This document shows positions 55,353 to 64,000 of a stretch of DNA of 64,000 nucleotides, piece by piece. This DNA comes from Bryobacterales bacterium. Lineage in GTDB: Bacteria > Acidobacteriota > Terriglobia > Bryobacterales > UBA6623. The position numbers and the translations under genes are program-made. The DNA is taken from assembly GCA_963422375.2 (NCBI GenBank), contig OY729428.2, forward strand, positions 608,001-672,000, read 5' to 3'. Below the pieces are notes generated by a model that was given only the letters and a program-made list of their open reading frames with translations, did not search any database and had not been told where the DNA came from. The stretch's first letter is position 1, and each line of letters begins with the position of its first letter.

Positions 55353-55871
55353 ATGGAATTCGGAGCCGAGTTGGTGCGCGTGGCCCGGCACGAGCTGCGG
55401 GAGGGCTGCGAGCGGATCGGCGCGTGCTTGGACAAGCTGACCGCTGAGCAGATCTGGCATCGCGACCACGCCATCGAGAACTCCGTCGGCAACCTCGTCC
55501 TGCACTTGGCCGGCAACCTCCGCCAGTGGATCGTCAGCGGCGTCGGTGGGGCGGAGGACGTCCGGCGGAGGGACTGGGAGTTCGAAACGCGCGTCCCTCT
55601 CTCGGCCGCTGTGCTCCGACGCAGCCTCTCCGCAGCGGTGGACGCGTCGGACGCGGTGCTTGCCGACCTAGATGCAGCGCGCTTCCTCGAAACGCGACGC
55701 ATCCAGATCTTCGAGGTGACGGTGCTGCACGCAGTCGTTCACGTGCTGACCCACTTCGCCGGGCATACGGGGCAGATCATCTGGGCGACCAAGCACGTCA
55801 CCGGCCAAGACCTCGGATTCTACGCGTACCTCAAGAAGGCCGGCGACAGAACCGTGGACCGCTCCCCCTGA
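55353..55871 (+). CDS. DinB-superfamily protein
   Basis: NSVGNLVLHLAGNLRQW, H...HTGQI. Confidence 0.85.
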   Translation: MEFGAELVRVARHELREGCERIGACLDKLTAEQIWHRDHAIENSVGNLVLHLAGNLRQWIVSGVGGAEDVRRRDWEFETRVPLSAAVLRRSLSAAVDASDAVLADLDAARFLETRRIQIFEVTVLHAVVHVLTHFAGHTGQIIWATKHVTGQDLGFYAYLKKAGDRTVDRSP

Positions 55872-55971
55872 ACCGCCGCGCACGGGGGCGCGCCGCCCCG
55901 GTGCCGGGCCGCCCGGCGGGCACCGGGCGCGGGACTACAATGGAACTCAGTTCCGGGAAGCGTTCGGACCG

Positions 55972-58753
<2,782 letters not shown>

Positions 58754-58767
<14 letters not shown>

Positions 58768-59803
58768 CCGGTCGGTTCCCCGGCACCGGGCAACCGGGGC
58801 GGCCGTTGCGGCGCTTGCGGCCGTGCTGGCACCGGCGCGGGGGGCGCTCCTGCACGAGGCGCTCGGGCCGTTCGAGCGGACGCAGGCGCGCCCGTACGAG
58901 ACGTCCGAGCCCGCCATCTTCGACGAGTTCGGCCTCGAGGAGTCCGAGGAAGCGGAGTACAGAACCGCGGACGGCCGCTCGCTGACGATGCGTGCGCTGC
59001 AGTTCTACGACGACACCGGAGCGTTGGCGGCGTTCTCGTGGCTCCGGCCCGCCGGCGCGACGGAAGTCGAGCGAGGCGAGCGGGCCGCGGAGAAGGGGCA
59101 CCTGATCCTGATCCACTTCGCCAACTACGTCGTGTCGATCGAGGGCGACACACCGGACGAGGAGGATGTCGAGGTCGCGCTCGCCTACCTGCCGCGTCCC
59201 AAGCCCACGGCCGACCCGCCGGTGCTGCAGTACGTGCCGGCCGACGCACTGGTTCCCGACAGTGGGCGCCACATTCTGGGTCCGGCCTCGCTAGAGCGGC
59301 TCGCGCCGCAGCTTCCGCCGTCGGTCGTCGGATTCCACTTCGGCACCGAGGGCTACTTCGGCCGCTACCGCATGCCGGGCGGCGAGACGCGCATGATCAT
59401 CTGGACCTATCCGTCCAACCCGATCGCCCGCGGCCAAATCGAGGAGTTTCGCGGGATCGGGAGCGTTGTCGCCAAGCTAGACGGCCCCCTGATCGCCGTC
59501 GTGCTGGACTCGGGCTCGCCGGACGACGCCCAGCAGCTTCTGGCGCGCGTGCGCTACCGAGCGGAGGTGACCCAGCACGTCGAGGAGCAGAAGCGGTACG
59601 ACAACCTGCGGAACATCATCCTCGACACGTTCATCCTGTGCGGCCTGCTCGCCACGCTCATGCTCCTAGGCGGAGTGCTCGTGGCCGGCACTCGCCGGCT
59701 GGCGGGCCGGTTCGCCCCGGACTCCATCCTCGCGCCCCCGCACGGGCCCGACATGCAGCGTCTGGGAATCGACGCCCCTCTCGGGCGCGACGAGCGCGAC
59801 TGA
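58754..59803 (+). CDS. Hypothetical exported protein with C-terminal TM anchor
   Basis: Coding-like composition, signal-like N-terminus, hydrophobic C-terminal helix; overlaps secA end. Confidence 0.72.
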
Positions 59804-59808
59804 CGGCG

Positions 59809-60462
59809 CTACGGCGACGAGCCGACCCCGTCGCCCGACGGGCGGGCACGGTTCCGACGGGCAGCCACGGCCAGCGACCGCGTCCGTCGGTAGGAGGCGA
59901 GCGCCACGGCGCGCATCGCCATGCGGCCGTACGACCAGCCCGAGCACAGGACCATGCCCGCCCCGACGTGCGTCATGAGCCCGAGCGGCAAGGCGGCCAG
60001 CCGCAGCAGCGTGGCGCCGAGAATCACCGCGAGCGCGGCGTCGGTCACCTTGCCGAGCTTGTTGGGCAGCAGCCTGACGCCGAAGCGCCTGTAGACCATC
60101 GTCCAGCCGAGAATGATCGCGCTGTCCCGCGCCACGACGAGCGTCGCGAACCAGTCCGGGAACTGGTCGGTCAAGGCCAGCGTCACGAACGCCGCGCCGA
60201 TGTACAGCTTGTCGGCGATCGGATCGATCATCTCACCGAAGTAGTTGCGGACCGCTAGCTTCCGGCTGCCCTTGCGCGCCAGGTAGCCGTCCAGCATGTC
60301 GCCGGCGTGGAGGAAGGCGACCAGCCAGAAGGCCGCGTAGCGGGACGAGTCGACCTCGGCCGCCCGCCAGATCAGAAACACGATGGCGGGCACGGCGAAT
60401 ACCCGGATCAGGCTGAGACCGTTGGCGAGGGAGACGAGCAGCGCTGCGGACCGCTTCGACAC
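59809..60462 (-). CDS. CDP-alcohol phosphatidyltransferase (PgsA-like)
   Basis: ANGLSLIR, DMLDGYLAR..FG..IDPIADK. Confidence 0.92.
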   Translation of the reverse strand: MSKRSAALLVSLANGLSLIRVFAVPAIVFLIWRAAEVDSSRYAAFWLVAFLHAGDMLDGYLARKGSRKLAVRNYFGEMIDPIADKLYIGAAFVTLALTDQFPDWFATLVVARDSAIILGWTMVYRRFGVRLLPNKLGKVTDAALAVILGATLLRLAALPLGLMTHVGAGMVLCSGWSYGRMAMRAVALASYRRTRSLAVAARRNRARPSGDGVGSSP

Positions 60463-60533
60463 AACTTGGGATTATTATCTTACGACACGAGACCTCGTGC
60501 CATGCTACGGTGCCCGGCGCGGCGGCGGGGTAC

Positions 60534-61478
60534 TCAGCCGGTGCTCTTCGCGCGGCGGTCGCCCGCCCCCGCTGCCTCGTTGACGGCGACCCGCGCGAGA
60601 CGATCACAGCGCTTGGTGTCCGTGCGATCAGGCCCCTTGTTCGCGCCGTCCCAGGTCACGCGATGCCTCGCGACGGCGGATTGCAACTCCCGCCAGAGGT
60701 CCGCGTTCTTGACCGAATCGCCGGAAGCGGTCTTCCAGCCGCGGCGCTCCCAGCCGTGAATCCAGCTCGTGGCACCGTTCCTGACGTAATCGGAATCGAG
60801 CTCCACGGTGACGTTGCACGGTTTCCGTAGGGCCTTGAGGCCGGCGATCACCGCGGTCAAGTGCAGCCGGTTGCTCGTGGTCCGTCTCTCGGACCCGCAC
60901 AATTCCTTCTCGTCGGCTCCGTATTGCAGGATCGCCGCCCAGCCCCCCGGCCCGGGGCTGCTCGCACATGTGCCGCCCGCGATGATCCTGACCTGCTTGC
61001 CGGCATCGATGGCGTCCGGGGCCGCATGCTTCGCCTGCTTGGCAGCTGCGCGGGCAAGGCGGTCGCAGCGGTTGTTGTCCGCGTGGTCGGCATGACCTTT
61101 CACCCAAGTCCAAGTCACCTCGTGCGTCGCAGCCGCCGACAGAAGCTCCTGCCAGAGGTCCGCGTTCTTCACCGGATCGCCGGAAGCTTTCCTCCAGCCT
61201 TGACTTATCCAGCCATGAATCCAAGTCGTGACTCCGTTCCGGACGTACTCCGAGTCCAGCTCCACATTGACTCGGTGCGGCCCGGAAAGGCGCTTAAGCC
61301 CCTGGATGACGGCGGTCATCTCCATGCGATTGTTGGTGGTCCATTTCTCGGAACCGCTGAGCTCCTGCTGCCGGTCCTTCCCGTCCTTGCGGTCGCGCAC
61401 GATGGCCGCCCAGCCGCCCGGGCCGGGATTGCCGAGACAGGAGCCGTCCGTGATGATCTTGGCACGCTTCATGCCCAA
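60534..61478 (-). CDS. rnhA: Ribonuclease HI with a second, degenerate RNase H domain
   Basis: Domain 1: TDGSCLGNPGPGGW, TTNNRME, DSEYV, VKNADLW, WVKGH, NNRCD; domain 2 repeats the scaffold. Confidence 0.93.
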   Translation of the reverse strand: MGMKRAKIITDGSCLGNPGPGGWAAIVRDRKDGKDRQQELSGSEKWTTNNRMEMTAVIQGLKRLSGPHRVNVELDSEYVRNGVTTWIHGWISQGWRKASGDPVKNADLWQELLSAAATHEVTWTWVKGHADHADNNRCDRLARAAAKQAKHAAPDAIDAGKQVRIIAGGTCASSPGPGGWAAILQYGADEKELCGSERRTTSNRLHLTAVIAGLKALRKPCNVTVELDSDYVRNGATSWIHGWERRGWKTASGDSVKNADLWRELQSAVARHRVTWDGANKGPDRTDTKRCDRLARVAVNEAAGAGDRRAKSTG

Positions 61479-61537
61479 TTGGGAATTCTAACCAACGGCG
61501 AGATCCTAGCCGCGACGCCTTCCGCTACGCTGTTGGT

Positions 61538-62830
61538 TTGCCGCCCACACGGAGGTCGTTCCTAGCTGCGCCGTTCGCGCCGGCCCTCTCCAGCGGCGCG
61601 CTCGGCGAGCCCGCGGAGGCATTCGCAGAGCGGCGCCGCAGGCTGGCCGAACGTGTAGGCAGGGGCCTCCTGGCGCTGCTCGGACACGACGAGCACCGCG
61701 GGCGGTCCGGCTTCACGGGCTTCCGCCAAGAAAGCAACTTCCATTACCTCACGGGCCATGCCGAGCCCGGCGCGGCCCTGCTGATCGCACCTGCCCGGGG
61801 AAGGGATCCGTACCGGGAGGCACTGTACCTTCCGCGTCGGGACGCGGGCTCCGAGAAGTGGCTCGGACGCTCGCTGTCGCCCACCGACGCCGGGCACCTA
61901 GGCATTGCGCGGGCTGCCGGCGCCGAACGCCTGCGCCGGGACCTGCGGACTCTGCTGCGGGATCGCAAGATGCTCTTCGGGCTGCGACCGCGGGACATCG
62001 GAGAGACGGGCCGGGAATCCGACCCGCGGCTGGAAGAGCTGGCCGGAACGCGCGACATCCGGGACCTGTGGTCCGAGCTCGCGGCGATGCGCAGCGTCAA
62101 GTCCGAATCCGAGATCGCGCTGCTGCAACGAACGGTCGATGCGACCGCGGCCGCCTACCGCACCGCGTGGAAGGCGGTCGAGTCAGGGACCACCGAGCGC
62201 TCCGTCGTGGCCGAGTTCGTGTGCGGAGCGTTCCGCGCGGGCTGCGAGCGCCTGGCGTTCGCGCCCATGGCGGGAACCGGCGCGAATGCCGCGATCCTGC
62301 ACTATCGCAAGCACTCCTCCGTGCTGCGGGAGGGGCAGCTGCTCCTGATGGACGCGGGCGGCGAGCTCTCGCGCTACTCGGCCGACATCGCCCGCACGGT
62401 TCCGGTCGGCGGCAGGTTCAGCTCCGAGCAGCGCCGCCTGTACGAACTAGTGCTCGGCGCGCAGCACGCAGCGATCGCAGCGGCCGGGCCCGGCACGGTA
62501 CTGAACGGGCCCGGGCCGCGCAGCCTGCTGGCCGTCGCGGAGCGCTACATGCGCGAGCGCGCCCCCCGGGGCGTGGACACGCACCTGCCGCACGCGCTAG
62601 GCCACCACGTGGGCCTCGACGTGCATGATCCCGCCCCGCCCCGGGCCGTGCTGAAGTCAGGCATGGTGGTCGCAATCGAGCCGGGCATCTACCTGCCTAA
62701 GCGAGGAATCGGCATCCGGGTCGAGGACATGGTCGAGATTACGGCCGACGGCTGCCGCGTAATGAGCGGCGGGCTGCCCTCGTCGGTCGACGCGATCGAG
62801 AGGACGGTGCCGACCGCCGAGGCACCGTGA
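61538..62830 (+). CDS. Xaa-Pro aminopeptidase (M24B)
   Basis: FRQESNFHYLTG, ILHY, DAG..YSADIART, HALGHHVGLDVHD, EPGIY, GIRVED. Confidence 0.92.
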   Translation: MPPTRRSFLAAPFAPALSSGALGEPAEAFAERRRRLAERVGRGLLALLGHDEHRGRSGFTGFRQESNFHYLTGHAEPGAALLIAPARGRDPYREALYLPRRDAGSEKWLGRSLSPTDAGHLGIARAAGAERLRRDLRTLLRDRKMLFGLRPRDIGETGRESDPRLEELAGTRDIRDLWSELAAMRSVKSESEIALLQRTVDATAAAYRTAWKAVESGTTERSVVAEFVCGAFRAGCERLAFAPMAGTGANAAILHYRKHSSVLREGQLLLMDAGGELSRYSADIARTVPVGGRFSSEQRRLYELVLGAQHAAIAAAGPGTVLNGPGPRSLLAVAERYMRERAPRGVDTHLPHALGHHVGLDVHDPAPPRAVLKSGMVVAIEPGIYLPKRGIGIRVEDMVEITADGCRVMSGGLPSSVDAIERTVPTAEAP

Positions 62831-62836
62831 GCGCGG

Positions 62837-64000
62837 TCAGCCGAAGCGGCCGGGGGAGCTGTCGCGTCGCGGGGGATGCGCCCGGAGCGCCTCCTCGCGG
62901 GGTTCCGTGCCCCACCCCGGAGAGTCGGGAAGCGCGAGGCGGCCGTTCTCGAGGACGGGCTCGCGGGTGAAGATCTCCCCGTCCCACGGTATCCGGTCGA
63001 CGTCGATCTCCATGATCCGCAAGTTTGGAACGGCAGCGGCGAAGTGCGCGTTTATCATCGTCGCCAGATGCCCGTAAAAGTTGTGCGGAGCGACGTTCAC
63101 TTCGTACGCCTCGGCGCAGGCCGCGATTTTCAGGCTCTGCCAGACGCCGTTCCAGATCGCGTCGATGATCGCGACGTCGACGGCCTCCTCCTCGAAGTAA
63201 GGCAGGAAGCTGCGCATGCCGATCAGTGTCTCGCAGGAGCTCACCGCGCAGCGCGCCTGACGCCGGATATGCGCTAGGGCGCGAGGGTTGCACGTGTCGA
63301 TCTCGGCCCAGAACAGGTCGAATCCGCCGAGGTCGCGCAGAATCTTGAGGAAGCCTTCCGTCGCGCAGTTGAAGTTCAGATCGAGGAGAATGTCGATGTC
63401 CGGGCCCGCGCCGTCGCGCAACGCCTCCAAGTGAGCCCGCAGGTCGCGCAGGATTTCGCGTTCGACGTTCCGCCCCGGTTCAAACGGCGTGCCGAATCCC
63501 GGCCGCCAGCCGCGCGCCGCTGCGGCCCCGTACCGAAACACGTTGGTCTTGAGCGCCGTGAAACCGGCCTCTCGGACTTCCGCTCCGATCGCGCGCACGC
63601 CGGCCAGATCGGCGATGGGAGGCCCGTAGTGCTCCGGGTGGTTGATGCGCCAAGTGGCGCAGTGCGACCAGTACACGCGGATCCGCTCGCGAACCCGCCC
63701 TCCCAGCAGGACGCAGCAAGGCACGCCGAGCGTCTTGGCCTTGGCGTCGAGTAGGGCGTTCTCGATCGCGCCCAGCGCCTGCCCGATCACCCCCCCGGCC
63801 GCGGGCCGCGTCGCGCAGAACAGGTCGGCGCGAATCCGCTCGTGGTCACTTCCTTCGCGGCCCTCGACCCGCTGGGCGAGGCTCCGGATCGCGGCCGTGA
63901 CGCCGGGCGAGCCGAAGTCCTCGTCGTACTCGCTCCAACCCGTGACACCCTCGGCGGTGGTCAGCTTCACAAAATTGTAGTTGCGCCAGCCGGCGTCGCA
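62837..64000 (-). CDS. Mandelate racemase/muconate lactonizing enzyme family protein, 5'-truncated by window edge
   Basis: GWSE, AIENALLD, VYWSHC, DLNFN, VAPHN, PGWG. Confidence 0.9.
   Translation of the reverse strand, partial: CDAGWRNYNFVKLTTAEGVTGWSEYDEDFGSPGVTAAIRSLAQRVEGREGSDHERIRADLFCATRPAAGGVIGQALGAIENALLDAKAKTLGVPCCVLLGGRVRERIRVYWSHCATWRINHPEHYGPPIADLAGVRAIGAEVREAGFTALKTNVFRYGAAAARGWRPGFGTPFEPGRNVEREILRDLRAHLEALRDGAGPDIDILLDLNFNCATEGFLKILRDLGGFDLFWAEIDTCNPRALAHIRRQARCAVSSCETLIGMRSFLPYFEEEAVDVAIIDAIWNGVWQSLKIAACAEAYEVNVAPHNFYGHLATMINAHFAAAVPNLRIMEIDVDRIPWDGEIFTREPVLENGRLALPDSPGWGTEPREEALRAHPPRRDSSPGRFG

Overview
GC-rich bacterial chromosome segment. Gene content (PSD1/DUF1549-DUF1553, DUF1501, many twin-arginine-signal enzymes, sulfatases) suggests Acidobacteriota or Planctomycetota; this taxonomy is inference only. 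Core and metabolic genes include secA, mutL, an RNase HI gene, rbfA, iolD plus a sodium symporter and an iolE-like gene, cysteine synthase with a JAB peptidase, a methylmalonyl-CoA mutase subunit, L-fuconate dehydratase and peptidases. There are three tRNAs (Val-TAC, Cys-GCA, Gly-GCC). These are interspersed with several lower-GC, decaying accessory patches. An IS hotspot at 17.0-23.3 kb holds a degenerate IS1595 carrying a MITE-like insert, two further IS1595 copies and an ISAzo13; all four IS show target-site duplications, and the hotspot has wrecked an AAA-ATPase + DUF3226-like pair. A third copy of that IS1595 (35.8 kb) and a solo, damaged tnpB (43.8-45.0 kb) also occur. The most unusual features are an in-frame RbfA-signal peptide-ApbE fusion outside the usual infB operon, a tandem RNase HI with a catalytically degenerate second domain, a methanogen-type ACT/DUF5612-like gene, widespread leaderless-promoter geometry and recurrent micro-duplications. 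No CRISPR array or rRNA was seen. All family assignments come from motif recognition by eye, not from database searches.
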